From the NCBI GenBank assembly GCA_965197285.1, contig OZ240092.1, forward strand, positions 2,660,280 through 2,724,279: a stretch of DNA of 64,000 nt, read 5' to 3'. This document shows, one piece after another, positions 9,914 through 20,328 of this stretch. Positions within the stretch are counted from its first letter, which is position 1, and each line of letters opens with the position of its first letter. The translations under genes and the position numbers were made by a program. Under the pieces are notes generated by a model. It saw nothing but the letters and a program-made list of their open reading frames with translations, had not been told where the DNA came from and did no database searches. This DNA is from Acidobacteriota bacterium. GTDB lineage: Bacteria > Acidobacteriota > UBA6911 > RPQK01 > CBDAPI01.

Positions 9914-10792
9914 CTACTCCCGCTCCCGGGCCTCTGCCCGTAATCTGCGCCGCTGAAAAACCCAGGAGACTGCGATGCTGCCCAGGTAAAGCAAAATCAT
10001 GGGGCCTGCCCAGAAGCTCAGGTTGAGAGCGTCGGGGGTGGGGGAAACGATGGCGGCTACAATGAAAATGAGAAGTACTGCGTAGCGGAAATTTTTCCAC
10101 AGGAAGCGCGGTGTGATCAATCCGAACAGGGACAGAAACGCGACCAGCACCGGAAGCTGGAACACCGCTCCCATCCCCACCACGATGATGACTACGAACG
10201 AGAAATAATCCACGGCGGTCAGCATGGGCTGCAGGCTCGCTCCCAGGTCCTGGATCAGGAAACGCAGGGAAAACGGAAGAATAATGTAGTACGCAAAGAG
10301 CCCGCCGGCGACGAAGAGCGCGGTTCCAGAGACTAGGAAGGGAATCGAATACTTTTTTTCTCGCCGGTACAGGCCGGGCGAGATGAAGAGCCACACCTGA
10401 AGCAGAATGAAGGGGGAGGCCAGGAAAATTCCAAAAGCCACCGAAACCTTGAGCCACACCGTAAATGCGTCAGTGACCTTGGTGTAGACCAGAGTTATCT
10501 CGGGGTCGTCAGGGAGCGGCGCCTGCAAAATATCCAGAATCTGCTCGCGGAAGAACCATCCCGCCGCGCTGGTCACCACCAGGGCGATCAGGGCATGCAT
10601 GATTCGCTTGCGCAGCTCGTCCAGGTGCTCCAGAAAGGTCATCCGCCCGCCGAGTTCCCGCTCCTTCCCATCCAGATCACCCTCCTCGACCGGCGCACCG
10701 CTGTCGTAAATGGAGGTCAGGGCGTCGCTTTCCCCTGAACCGGTTTCCTCGGATGCGGGCTCGTTCGAGGGGGGCGGAGAATCGTTTTCCAT
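9914..10792 (-). CDS. tatC: twin-arginine translocase subunit TatC (alternative start at about 10642)
   Basis: TatC N-terminal motif MTFLEHLDELRKRI followed by six hydrophobic segments. tatA lies immediately upstream. Confidence 0.85.
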   Translation of the reverse strand: MENDSPPPSNEPASEETGSGESDALTSIYDSGAPVEEGDLDGKERELGGRMTFLEHLDELRKRIMHALIALVVTSAAGWFFREQILDILQAPLPDDPEITLVYTKVTDAFTVWLKVSVAFGIFLASPFILLQVWLFISPGLYRREKKYSIPFLVSGTALFVAGGLFAYYIILPFSLRFLIQDLGASLQPMLTAVDYFSFVVIIVVGMGAVFQLPVLVAFLSLFGLITPRFLWKNFRYAVLLIFIVAAIVSPTPDALNLSFWAGPMILLYLGSIAVSWVFQRRRLRAEARERE

Positions 10793-10836
10793 GGATGCTC
10801 GGGCGGGGTAGACTCTCGACGAGTCCGGAAGCCGAA

Positions 10837-11169
10837 TCAGTCCCTCGCGACCTCGTCCAGCTCCTGCTCCTGATCGGTGGCGCTCTCGAGATCCTTCTCT
10901 TGTGTCGTGACGTCGGTCTCTTCTGCCGAGACCTCGGTCGCGATCTCGTCCAGCTCCCGCTGCTCCTGATCGATGGCTCTTCGGAGATCCTGCTCTTCGG
11001 ATGTTACTTCCTTTTCCCAGGTGCGCTTCAGGTCGTTGGTGGCGCGCTTGAACTCATTGAGACTGCGGCCCAGAGATCGGCCGATTTCGGGCAATTTACG
11101 GGGCCCGAAAACGAGCAGGGCAACAGTGAAGATCACGATGAGTTCGGGAAAGCCAAGGGAACCAAACAT
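10837..11169 (-). CDS. tatA: TatA/TatB-family translocase subunit with acidic repetitive C-terminal tail
   Basis: N-terminus [36 protein letters not shown] is the TatA/E signature. The tail has DQEQxELDEhA-like repeats. Confidence 0.8.
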   Translation of the reverse strand: MFGSLGFPELIVIFTVALLVFGPRKLPEIGRSLGRSLNEFKRATNDLKRTWEKEVTSEEQDLRRAIDQEQRELDEIATEVSAEETDVTTQEKDLESATDQEQELDEVARD

Positions 11170-11422
11170 GAAGGAAACTCCGCAATAATCAGTTTAAGGC
11201 AGGGTTTGAGAGCAAGTCAACAGAACCGGGAGCGCGCCAGAGAGCCGCCAGACATGCGCTTTCGAGGGCCACCGGGCAGAATGTGCATTGACCCCCGGCG
11301 GCGAATGAGCCAATATCTCGCCTGCCGCATCCTTAACGGTTAGAAGTTGATTGCAGTCGGGCTAACCGCTGTCACGGAGACCGCGGTGTTATACTGCCGA
11401 ACCGGCAGCGGGTACGAAAAAC

Positions 11423-13051
11423 ATGCGAAATCGATTGCCCTTGATTCTGTTCGTCCTGGTACTCGTCACGTCTGCACTGGGAGGCCTGCTCGGTGGCCGC
11501 GTGAGGGCCGGGGCCGGGTCAACCACGCGCGAGGCCGAAGAGCTGATTCTCAAGTTCAGCGAGGTTCTGGCGCTGATCGAATCCTCTCACGTCCGAGAGG
11601 TGTCGCCCCAGACTATGGTCGAGAACGCGATCCAGGGCCTGCTCAGGACGCTGGACCCTCACAGCTCTTTTTTTGCAACGCCTGACTACAGCCGCCTGCA
11701 GGAAGAGCAGCGCGGTAGATATTACGGGCTTGGGATCACGATCCGGGCGGAAGCGCCGGGAAGCGGCCGCGTCCTCGTCGTTGAACCTCCGGCGCCGGGA
11801 ACCCCGGCTTACAAAGCCGGACTCAAGACCGGGGACGTGATCTCCGAGATCCGAGGTGAGCCGATTGAGGACTGGGATGTCAATGAAGACGTGATTCCCA
11901 ACCTGAAGGGCCCCAAAGGCACCACCGTCGACATCACAGTGGAGCGTGCCGGGGAGACGGAACCTCTCCGCTTCACAATCGAGCGAGATGAGATTCCCCT
12001 CTACACCATTAAGTACGATTTTCAGATTCAACCCGGAGTCGGGTACATCCGCATCGACAAGTTCTCGGAAACGACCGGATCAGAGCTCGACAAGGCTCTC
12101 CAGAGTCTGCGGGAGAACAACGCGGAATCGCTGATTTTGGATCTTCGCAGTAATCCCGGCGGGGCCCTGACAGCGGCCATTGATGTCGCGGATCGTTTTC
12201 TTGAGAAGGGCCGGCTGGTGGTTACCACTCGCAGCCGCGACAAGAAAGAGATCCGGGAATTCCTCACCGATCGCGGCAGTGCGGACAAGTTCCCGATGAT
12301 CGTTCTCATCGATCAGAACAGTGCCAGCGCCAGCGAGATCGTGGCCGGCGCCCTGCAGGATCACGACCGGGCGCTCATCGTCGGGGAGACCAGTTTTGGC
12401 AAAGCCCTGGTTCAGACCATCTATCCTCTGGACGGGGGCCGGCGGGGTCTCGCCCTCACGACCGGAAAGTACTACACCCCCAGCAACCGGCTCATCCAGC
12501 GGGACTACTCGGACGGGTTTTACAATTATTTCTACAGGCGACGGCAAGCAGCCAGGGCCGGGGAAGGCGATCACCCGAAGACGGAACAAACAGGAGGTAT
12601 TGAGCCGGATGAGTCAGTCAGTCCCGCCCCGCCGTCCGAATTATTCCGCCAAATCGCGCGCCGGGACTTGTTTCAGAGATTTGCCCGGAAGCTCTGGACC
12701 GGGGAGATCGAAACGGACATCCCTTTTGAGGAGGTTCCCGACGACTACACGGGCCTGTCTGTTGCTGACAAAGAGCGGCTGCTGGGGGAAACCCGGATCA
12801 GCCCCGAGATCCTGGAAGAGTTCAGTCGTTACCTGCGTGAGCAAAAGCTGGAATTCGAAGACCAGGAGTTCGAGGACGATGCCGATATCCTGGCCAACCA
12901 TATCCAGCGGAGAGTCTATCTGGAGCTCTTCGGGGATAAAGAGGCCTATTTGATCGCACTGGACGTCGACCTGCAGGTACAGCGGGCTCTGGACCTCCTG
13001 CCCCGTGCCCGTAGTCTCATACAGAAGTCTCTTGCTTCTAACCGACAATGA
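11423..13051 (+). CDS. S41 family C-terminal processing peptidase (Ctp/Prc-like) with PDZ domain
   Basis: Signal anchor, PDZ region (GLKTGDVISEI) and S41 catalytic region (DLRSNPGG...SASASEIVAGALQD). Confidence 0.85.
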   Translation: MRNRLPLILFVLVLVTSALGGLLGGRVRAGAGSTTREAEELILKFSEVLALIESSHVREVSPQTMVENAIQGLLRTLDPHSSFFATPDYSRLQEEQRGRYYGLGITIRAEAPGSGRVLVVEPPAPGTPAYKAGLKTGDVISEIRGEPIEDWDVNEDVIPNLKGPKGTTVDITVERAGETEPLRFTIERDEIPLYTIKYDFQIQPGVGYIRIDKFSETTGSELDKALQSLRENNAESLILDLRSNPGGALTAAIDVADRFLEKGRLVVTTRSRDKKEIREFLTDRGSADKFPMIVLIDQNSASASEIVAGALQDHDRALIVGETSFGKALVQTIYPLDGGRRGLALTTGKYYTPSNRLIQRDYSDGFYNYFYRRRQAARAGEGDHPKTEQTGGIEPDESVSPAPPSELFRQIARRDLFQRFARKLWTGEIETDIPFEEVPDDYTGLSVADKERLLGETRISPEILEEFSRYLREQKLEFEDQEFEDDADILANHIQRRVYLELFGDKEAYLIALDVDLQVQRALDLLPRARSLIQKSLASNRQ

Positions 13052-14751
13052 CGAACGGTTTGATTTGTCGGCCAGGCGTTTTCCTGCTGCTTCCTGCTCT
13101 GACTGCCTTTTCTGGTTGCGCCACCCGTTCCGTTCCGGCCCCCGCTCCCACGCAGGCGGAGCACGCCGATGCGGTCTCTGAACCAGCCGGCAGCGCAGAG
13201 CAGGCCCCCCCGTCGGTGCCGACAGACGCACCGGTGGAAGTGCCTGAAGCAGCTGAGAATCCCGAGGGTCGCGTTGCCCCCGACGCTGTGCGCGAACTCC
13301 TTCACGGGTGTGAGGAAAGATTGAACCGTGCGGTACTTCTTTTTGAGGAGGGCAGAGAGGAAGAGGCCCGCGGGCAGTTCGACGAGATCCTGACGGACTT
13401 CCGCGAGGCTGGATTTTCCTTTTCCGAAAACTCCCTGGTCGCCCAGGCCTACTACGACCTGGTGGAGCGGATACAGACTCTGGAAGTGGCGGCGCTGGCC
13501 GGGCGTAGCGACGATTTCGTCCCTGCCATGGAGGCCACTCCGCTGGACGAAATCATCCGGCACAACATTTTCTCCATCGAAGTGGATTCGGGGCTTGGCG
13601 AGTTGGTTCATGCAGAGCTCGAGGCGACCCGCTTCGACCTTCCCATGATGGTCAACAAGCGAGTGCTGCAGTTTCTGGAGTACTACCTGGGGCCCGGTCG
13701 TGACATTACCGAGCTGAGCCTGCAGCGGGCGGGACGCTACCTGGATTACTTCAGAGAAGTTTTCAAACGAGAAGCAGTACCGCTCGATCTCATCTACCTG
13801 CCTCACGTGGAGAGCCTGTTCAAGCCCACCGCCTATTCCCACGCACATGCCGCTGGAGTGTGGCAGTTCATTTCGGGGACGGCTCGGACCTACGACCTGC
13901 AAGTGGGGTGGTTTATCGATGAGCGCAACAACGTGGAGCTGTCCACGGTGGCCGCCGCCCGTCATCTGCGCGATCTGTACGGGGAATTCAGTGACTGGTA
14001 CCTGGCCCTGGCAGCCTACAATGCGGGGCCCGGCAGGATTCGCCGCAATCTCCGCAAGTACGGAAAGCTGGACTACTGGAGCATGGTCGAGCGGAGAATG
14101 CTGCCCCGCGATACCCGCCACTATGTGCCGGCCGTACTGGCCGCGATTCTGATTCACAAGAACCCCGAAGCGTACGGGTTTGCAGTCGAGCCCGATGAGC
14201 CGCTGGAGTGTGAAAGGGTGGAGGTCGCACACCAGTTTGATCTCCGGTTGATCGCCGAGGAAATCGGTGTGGAGAAGGACGTTCTGGAAGACCTCAACCC
14301 CGAACTGAGGAGAGGGATCACGCCCTATGTGGACCGGCCTTACGGGCTCTGTGTTCCGGTCGGCAAGGGGGAGCTGGCCGCCCGGCGCATCCCCCTAATT
14401 CCTCCAGAGAGGCGTGTCAGAGTTCGTCACCACAGAGTTCAGAACGGCGATACGCTGTGGCATATCGCACGGGCGAATCGGACCAGTATCGACGCCATAG
14501 TCCATGCCAACCGGATTCGCAATCCGAACCGCTTACGTCTGGGTCAGAACCTGATCATTCCCATCACGCCTCACCCGGGCACCAGTGCCGGCTCCAGCCC
14601 ACCCCCTGGCGGTTACTACACCGTTCGCCGGGGGGATTCGCTCTACAAGATTGCCCGGCAGTTCGGCCTTGTCGTAAACCGCCTGGCCGAGCTGAACCAG
14701 CTCGCCGACCGCGCGGTGATCTACCCCGGTCAGCGGCTGCGACTCAGGTAA
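13048..14751 (+). CDS. membrane-bound lytic murein transglycosylase (SLT domain, MltD-like) with two C-terminal LysM domains
   Basis: SLT motif (ESLFKPTAYSHAHAAGVWQFISGTA...YNAGPGR). Two LysM repeats (VQNGDTLWHIA, VRRGDSLYKIA). Start overlaps upstream stop (ATGA). Confidence 0.8.
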   Translation: MTNGLICRPGVFLLLPALTAFSGCATRSVPAPAPTQAEHADAVSEPAGSAEQAPPSVPTDAPVEVPEAAENPEGRVAPDAVRELLHGCEERLNRAVLLFEEGREEEARGQFDEILTDFREAGFSFSENSLVAQAYYDLVERIQTLEVAALAGRSDDFVPAMEATPLDEIIRHNIFSIEVDSGLGELVHAELEATRFDLPMMVNKRVLQFLEYYLGPGRDITELSLQRAGRYLDYFREVFKREAVPLDLIYLPHVESLFKPTAYSHAHAAGVWQFISGTARTYDLQVGWFIDERNNVELSTVAAARHLRDLYGEFSDWYLALAAYNAGPGRIRRNLRKYGKLDYWSMVERRMLPRDTRHYVPAVLAAILIHKNPEAYGFAVEPDEPLECERVEVAHQFDLRLIAEEIGVEKDVLEDLNPELRRGITPYVDRPYGLCVPVGKGELAARRIPLIPPERRVRVRHHRVQNGDTLWHIARANRTSIDAIVHANRIRNPNRLRLGQNLIIPITPHPGTSAGSSPPPGGYYTVRRGDSLYKIARQFGLVVNRLAELNQLADRAVIYPGQRLRLR

Positions 14752-14769
14752 CTTCAAGTTTCAAGGGCG

Positions 14770-14990
14770 TGTTGCCCAAACCTGATTTTTCTGCCGCCCC
14801 CTCCGGGGGCTGCCTTGGAGGACGTCGTCCTGTACCGGGGCCTTGCGGCCCCGGCTATATTCTCACGCCCCCTTCGGGGGCTGTCTTCAGGCCGCAGCGC
14901 GGCCGAAAGAAAATAGCCGTGGGCGTCAGCCCACGGAAATCTCCGTCAATTCTAGAGCCCTGAAGGGGCGACAGAGATTTGGGCGAATTC
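14770..14990. repeat. mosaic intergenic repeat, copy B
   Basis: Aligns with copy A across gccccctccgggggctg, ggggccttgcggccccggctat and ggccgcagcgcggccgaaagaaaatagccgtgggcgtcagcccacggaaatctccg. Confidence 0.55.
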
Positions 14991-16296
14991 ATTGCCCGTC
15001 CGCCCGGCCGGGGATGACCGGAAGGGAAGTCAGGGTCGGCACTGAGGTCATTCGCAGTGTTACTGCGGAGAGAAGATGGTCGCCGGTTACCGTCATACTC
15101 CCCTTGAAATCGATGTTGTCCCCCTGCAGCGCCTGAAACAACTCTGATGCGAATCGGGGCAGGTGCTGGCCCGGGTTCAGCACAACCTCGGCCGCTTCCA
15201 CCAGCACGAAATCCTGGTCGTAGAGGGCGAGCGTGACCTCGTTCTGTGCTGTGGCAGGATGCTGTCCACCGTTGTTGTCCACGTTGACAATGGCCACGCC
15301 GGTATCCGAGATGCCCGAGATCACCTCGATCCACAGACTGAAGTCTTGAATCGGGCTGGAGGAAGGCACGCCGCTGTCAAAGAGCGTCTGCAGGGGTCCC
15401 CCGTCTCCTGGATCCAGCAGGTTGCTGAAGACGGCCACCCCTCCCACCGCCGGTCCCGTCGTGACTCGCACGTAACCGGCCCGGATGTCGCCCAGGCCGC
15501 GCAGTCCCAGCTCGACTGAAGCCCCTTTCGCCAGTTCCAGCTCCACCGAATCCCCCACCACTGGTGCCCCCGTCGAGGATTCGATCCGTACCGTCATGGG
15601 GCTCCCCGAGGACGCGAAGATCTCGGCTAGAAGCGAGGTGGCAGCGCCGGTGTTCACGAAGATGAGGTCTGTGTGAAAGGTGCTTGGCCCGGTGGTCCCG
15701 ATGCCGATCTGGGGGTAGTAAAATACCACGTTTTCAGCAGCACCCTCGGGCATGACGGCCTGGTTCGTGCTGGTCGCGTCTCCGCTCGCCATGTCATTGT
15801 TGTTGGCGGCATTGGCGGCCACCCTCATCGTGACCGGGCCTGTGGCGGCGGCTGGGGCAATCCAGCGGAAGTTGACGGTTCCAGATGGAAGGCTTTGTTC
15901 GTGAGTGAGGAAGTCAACGTCCTCGGCCTGTACGGTGGTCAGACCTGCCGTGATTGGTTCCAGAACACCGGCCTGGGTCTGGTCGGCAAAGACGGCGGCC
16001 AACTGAAACCCGAAGACCCGGTCGGTGCCCGGGGGAACGAACTGCGTTCCCGTGATCAACAGCCCGAGGTCGTAGCTCTGTCCGGAAATGTATTCAGCCG
16101 GTAGATTCTGGAAGGTAACTGTACCCAGTTCATTCAACGTGCTTCCCATGGCTGTGCTGTGGCAGAATTGGTTGGCGCAAATGGCGGGGTCCTGGAGAAT
16201 AGTACCGCCGTCCGGCTCAAAGGGGATCTCGTTGCCTGCCTTCTTGGCCCCCAGCGACGCCACAAAGGCAGAGGTGGACCCGGAAAACTGGACCAT
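14989..16296 (-). CDS. secreted repeat-domain protein, paralog of 4020..7053
   Basis: Shares the module-end motif ...LFQALQGDNIDFKGS...SAVTLRMTSVPTLTS with the 4-7 kb gene. Confidence 0.5.
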   Translation of the reverse strand: MVQFSGSTSAFVASLGAKKAGNEIPFEPDGGTILQDPAICANQFCHSTAMGSTLNELGTVTFQNLPAEYISGQSYDLGLLITGTQFVPPGTDRVFGFQLAAVFADQTQAGVLEPITAGLTTVQAEDVDFLTHEQSLPSGTVNFRWIAPAAATGPVTMRVAANAANNNDMASGDATSTNQAVMPEGAAENVVFYYPQIGIGTTGPSTFHTDLIFVNTGAATSLLAEIFASSGSPMTVRIESSTGAPVVGDSVELELAKGASVELGLRGLGDIRAGYVRVTTGPAVGGVAVFSNLLDPGDGGPLQTLFDSGVPSSSPIQDFSLWIEVISGISDTGVAIVNVDNNGGQHPATAQNEVTLALYDQDFVLVEAAEVVLNPGQHLPRFASELFQALQGDNIDFKGSMTVTGDHLLSAVTLRMTSVPTLTSLPVIPGRADGQ

Positions 16297-16339
16297 TTGT
16301 TAAGGTGGCTCCGACCTGAATCAGAAAGGATGAGGAGTC

Positions 16340-16621
16340 ATGGCAAAACGAAGGAATTTCTCAGCTCAGTTTAAAGCGAAGGTGGCGCTGGAAGCGCTTC
16401 GAGGCGAACGCACCCTGAGCGAGTTGGCGGCTCGCTACGAGATCCATCCGAGTGTGATCACGAATTGGAAAAAGCGGGCCCGGGAAGGTCTGGGCGATGT
16501 GTTCGCGGGCAAGGTTGAGAAGCGTCAGAGAGGAAGCGAGGCGGAGACCAAAGAGCTTTATGCCAAGATCGGCGAACTGACGGTGGAAAAGGATTTTTTG
16601 TCCAAAGCGCTCGATCGCTGA
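16340..16621 (+). CDS. IS3 family transposase OrfA (HTH)
   Basis: MAKRRNFSAQFKAKVALEALRGERTLSELAARYEIHPSVITNWKK is the classic IS3 OrfA N-terminus, followed by a leucine zipper. Confidence 0.85.
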   Translation: MAKRRNFSAQFKAKVALEALRGERTLSELAARYEIHPSVITNWKKRAREGLGDVFAGKVEKRQRGSEAETKELYAKIGELTVEKDFLSKALDR

Positions 16622-16692
16622 GTGTAAAGGCCAGAAGGGCCACGATCGAGCCAAAGCACCCGAGGCTGAGCATTCGTAGACAATGCAGGCTG

Positions 16693-17541
16693 ATGAGTCT
16701 GAACCGTTCGACTTTGTACTATGAGCCCAAAGGCGAGAGCGAAGAAAACCTGCAACTGATGAGACGATTGGACGAGCAGTTCTTAAAGACCCCCTACTAC
16801 GGATCCCGGCAGATGGTCTATCACTTGAAACGGCGGGGCGGTCGGGTAGGCCGCAAGAGGGTTCGTCGTCTGATGGCCAAAATGGGCCTGGCGGTCATCT
16901 ATCAAAAGCCGCGGACTTCACGGCCTCACCCGGAGAATCGAGTGTATCCGTATCTTCTTCGAGGATTGGCGGTCACCCGGCCCGATCAGGTGTGGTGCAC
17001 GGATGTCACCTACATCCCGATGCGTCGGGGCTTTTTGTACCTGGTGGCGATCATGGACTGGTACAGCCGCTGGGTTTTGTCCTGGAGGCTGTCGAACACG
17101 CTGGAGCCGTCCTTTTGTTGCGAAGCACTCGAGGAAGCGCTCAACAGGTACGATCCCCCGGAGATCTTCAATACAGACCAGGGGAGTCAGTTCACCAGCA
17201 CGGAGTTCACGGGACTACTCAAAGGGGCCGGGGTGCGTATCTCGATGGACGGGAGAGGCCGCTGGATGGACAACGTCTTCATCGAGCGTCTGTGGCGTTC
17301 ACTCAAATACGAATGCGTCTATCTGAACGCTTTCGAAACCGGGTCGGAAGCCCGTCAAGGGATCGGCCATTGGATCGACCTATACAACAGCGAGAGACCT
17401 CACTCGGCGCACGCTGGGGCGACGCCGGAGGAGGTGTACACTGGCTTGAAAAAACATTCCGAGAGGGACCTTGCCCTCAGGCTCGCCCCCTCTCAGAATT
17501 TCCCTTACTGGCGGCAACAACAACTGCGGAGTCCACCTTAG
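16693..17541 (+). CDS. IS3 family transposase OrfB (DDE integrase core); the true product is probably an OrfAB frameshift fusion starting upstream
   Basis: rve-type integrase motifs (WCTDVTYI...DQGSQFTS...ERLWRSLKYE). Confidence 0.85.
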   Translation: MSLNRSTLYYEPKGESEENLQLMRRLDEQFLKTPYYGSRQMVYHLKRRGGRVGRKRVRRLMAKMGLAVIYQKPRTSRPHPENRVYPYLLRGLAVTRPDQVWCTDVTYIPMRRGFLYLVAIMDWYSRWVLSWRLSNTLEPSFCCEALEEALNRYDPPEIFNTDQGSQFTSTEFTGLLKGAGVRISMDGRGRWMDNVFIERLWRSLKYECVYLNAFETGSEARQGIGHWIDLYNSERPHSAHAGATPEEVYTGLKKHSERDLALRLAPSQNFPYWRQQQLRSPP

Positions 17542-18132
17542 AAATGCCGCCAAGTGGTCCAACCGATGGGGTCCACCTCTGGCAGCGAACGCAGCGGCCA
17601 GGACGAGCAGGGTTAACTCTTTCCTCATTCTTCCTTCGCGCGGCTCATTCCCCCCTCAGGACACTTTAACTCATACGTCCCGCCCTCGCTTTGGTTTCGG
17701 GGGGTCGACGTTCTGCGTTCCACGTTGGCGCGCTCATGAGAGTGGGCCTCAGGGCCGCGACCGCCACTCTTTCGTCCCGGCCCAGCAACTCGGGGGTCGC
17801 CGCCCCAAGGCGCCTTATAGTTACTAACGATCTATTTTCCAACGATGGATTAGAAATAGTAGCGATTTTCTTTTTTGCTGCTTTTTTCTTTTCTGGGTTG
17901 TGGAAAAAGTTTGCGCTGGGAGCGATCGAGGAACAGATTGCCTCTGTGCAGCACGCGCACCGTGGCGTTACGAATTCAAGGCCCCAGCGTACGAAACGCT
18001 TGGCGGGAGACTTTCGAACGCCACGGTGCACAGACAGCAAACGCATACTCTAGATGCTGTCCTTCGAGGACTCGACTATAAGGGTTGCGCAAGGTCTGGG
18101 CAAGCGTGTGCTGCGCAGAAAGGAGTGGCGCA

Positions 18133-18436
18133 ATGTTAGCCACAGAACAGATCGCAGCATGGGTAGGATTGGATTGGGCCGAAGATCAACATGAGATCCG
18201 ACTGCGGGCCGCCGGCAGTCGGGAAGTAGAGAGGTATCAGGTGCGGCAAGACCCGGAAGAGTTGCACGAATGGGTACGCCAGCTAAGAACCCGTTTTGAG
18301 GGTCGTCCTGTGGTGATTGCCCTGGAGCAAAAGCGGGGAGGGTTGATGGCGGCGCTGATGTGCTATGACTTTTTGCACCTGTACCCGATCAATCCGAAGA
18401 CGGTGGCGAGCTATCGAGAGGCATTTTCACCCTCCG
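18133..18436 (+). CDS. IS110-family transposase, exon 1 (N-terminal DEDD domain)
   Basis: MLATEQIAAWVGLDWAEDQHEI...YPINPKTVASYREAFSPSG matches the IS110 N-terminal signature. RBS aaaggag lies 7 nt upstream. The ORF track extends to 18462 only by reading into the intron. Confidence 0.7.
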
Positions 18437-18969
18437 GTGCGCCGGCGCAAACCGGTGAGTAGCAGAGAGCGAGAGTCTCTCACAGGAAAGGAGTAGCGAA
18501 CCATGCTGACCCCGAGTCATGCGTGTGTACTCGTAAGAGTGCAGGCGAAGCATTGACAGGGGCACGTGCGGGCCAGGTATTGAGCCGCGGAAGGAAAATG
18601 ACTTCGGGGGGCCGACGTAGTCGTAGGATCGGAAGGCAACATGGAACCGTTCGCTAATCGCGAGAACGATTCCGCCCCCGCGTGGTCCCGAGACCCTGTG
18701 CACGTACGGAAGTTGCTTACACGGGAGCCGGGAGATCCCGCCTTTGACCCCAGGGGGATGGCCCCAAGGTCCGCGCTGTGAATCCGAAAGGAGCACGACA
18801 GCGATGCACGGAGGCGGGAAGTCGGACAGGCTGATAGTAGCTGAGAAGCGCTCGAACAAAGACGGCGGTGCGCCGCGGTCGGCGGAGAGGGTGGAGCCAA
18901 GCGGCCTGGCCAAAGGGAATTCGTCCTAGCAAAACAAGTGCCGGACACAGAGCCGGGAGAGGAATCGAT

Positions 18970-20307
18970 ATGGAGGACTCTAAACGGGCACCAAGCGGGA
19001 AATCGCGGACACAGCCAAGAGACCGCACCTACGTCGAAACCGAGGACTTGCAAAGTGCGCTGGAACGGATACGGCAGGTAGCCTGCCGGGATAAGGAGCT
19101 ACGGTTCACGTCGCTCTGGCACCACGTCACTAACATCGATCGACTCCGGCAGGCTTACTTCGGCCTCAAGCGCAATGCCGCACCGGGCGTGGATGGATTG
19201 ACGTGGCAGCAATACGGAGAGAGCCTCGAGGAGAACCTCCAGGATCTATCCGCAAGGCTCAAACGCGGAGCGTACCGAGCCAAGCCGGTTCGGAGGGCCT
19301 ATATACCGAAGGCCGATGGGCGGCAGCGTCCGCTCGGAGTGACTGCATTGGAGGATAAGATCGTCCAGCGGTCTACGGTCCAGGTATTGAACGCCATCTA
19401 CGAAACCGACTTTCTCGGCTTCTCGTATAGTTTCCGCCCGGGGCGCAGTCCACACCATGCGTTGGACGCGCTCTATGTCGGAATCATGCGCAAGCGAGTG
19501 AACTGGGTGCTGGATGCGGACGTTTGTGGGTTTTTCGATGCCATCGACCACAAATGGCTGTTGAAGTTCATCGAGCACAGAATCGCCGATCCACGTGTTA
19601 TCCGCCACCTTAAAAAGTGGCTCAAGGCGGGGATCGTGGAGGATGGGAAGCGAACCGAGATCGAATCCGGTACGCCTCAAGGCGGGAGTGTTTCACCCGT
19701 GTTGGCTAATGTGTACCTTCATTATGTGTTCGATCTATGGGCCGACCAATGGAGACGCAGGCACGCTCGTGGCGATGTAATCATCGTCCGGTTTGCCGAC
19801 GACTTCACAGTGGGTTTCGAGTTTCGTGAAGATGCCGAGCGTTTTCTGGCAGACTTGCGGGACCGGTTCCACACGTTTCACCTGGAACTGCACCCCGACA
19901 AAACGCGCTTGATCGAGTTCGGGCGGTACGCCGCTCGGGATCGCAAGCGCCGTGGAGAAGGGAAGCCCGAGTCTTTCGACTTCCTGGGTTTTACGCACAC
20001 GTGCGACAGAACCCGGAACGGGAGATTCATCGTGCTGCGGCAGACCATGCGGAAGCGCATGCAAGCGAAACTGCGCGAGATCGCTCGCGAGCTTCGGTAT
20101 CGCCTGCATGAACCCGTCCCGGTAGTGGGTCAGTGGTTGCGCAGTGTAGTACAGGGACATTTCCAGTACTATGCCGTACCGCGTAACCATCGCAAGCCGG
20201 CCGCTTTCAAGTATCAGGTCTATCGACTCTGGCTGCGTGCGCTAAGGCGTCGTAGCCAGCGTCATCGGATCACGGAACGTGTCAACAACTTTGAGACACT
20301 TTGGTGA
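18970..20307 (+). CDS. group II intron-encoded reverse transcriptase/maturase (ORF track 18868..20307; likely start MEDSKRAP)
   Basis: RT domains 0-7, including RFADDFTVGF (F/YADD box), and a maturase X domain. No C-terminal HNH/En domain. The last 4 codons and the stop are supplied by the IS3 left inverted repeat. Confidence 0.85.
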   Translation: MEDSKRAPSGKSRTQPRDRTYVETEDLQSALERIRQVACRDKELRFTSLWHHVTNIDRLRQAYFGLKRNAAPGVDGLTWQQYGESLEENLQDLSARLKRGAYRAKPVRRAYIPKADGRQRPLGVTALEDKIVQRSTVQVLNAIYETDFLGFSYSFRPGRSPHHALDALYVGIMRKRVNWVLDADVCGFFDAIDHKWLLKFIEHRIADPRVIRHLKKWLKAGIVEDGKRTEIESGTPQGGSVSPVLANVYLHYVFDLWADQWRRRHARGDVIIVRFADDFTVGFEFREDAERFLADLRDRFHTFHLELHPDKTRLIEFGRYAARDRKRRGEGKPESFDFLGFTHTCDRTRNGRFIVLRQTMRKRMQAKLREIARELRYRLHEPVPVVGQWLRSVVQGHFQYYAVPRNHRKPAAFKYQVYRLWLRALRRRSQRHRITERVNNFETLW

Positions 20308-20328
20308 ATAAATTACTGTAGTTTCATC

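Larger units (their letters stand above)
16310..17640 (+). mobile_element. IS3-family insertion sequence, copy 1 (boundaries approximate)
   Basis: orfA (HTH) then orfB (DDE integrase core) in the -1 frame, the typical IS3 arrangement. Ends not confidently mapped. Confidence 0.7.

Noticed and set aside
12946-14232. Long ORFs antisense to real genes. Examples: 12946..14232 (-), 8722..9498 (+), 23913..24854 (+), 27649..28329 (+), 48655..49479 (-), 58209..58979 (-), 23067..23708 (+)
   Set aside because: They overlap well-supported genes on the opposite strand and translate to low-complexity R/G/P/A-rich sequence typical of high-GC antisense frames.
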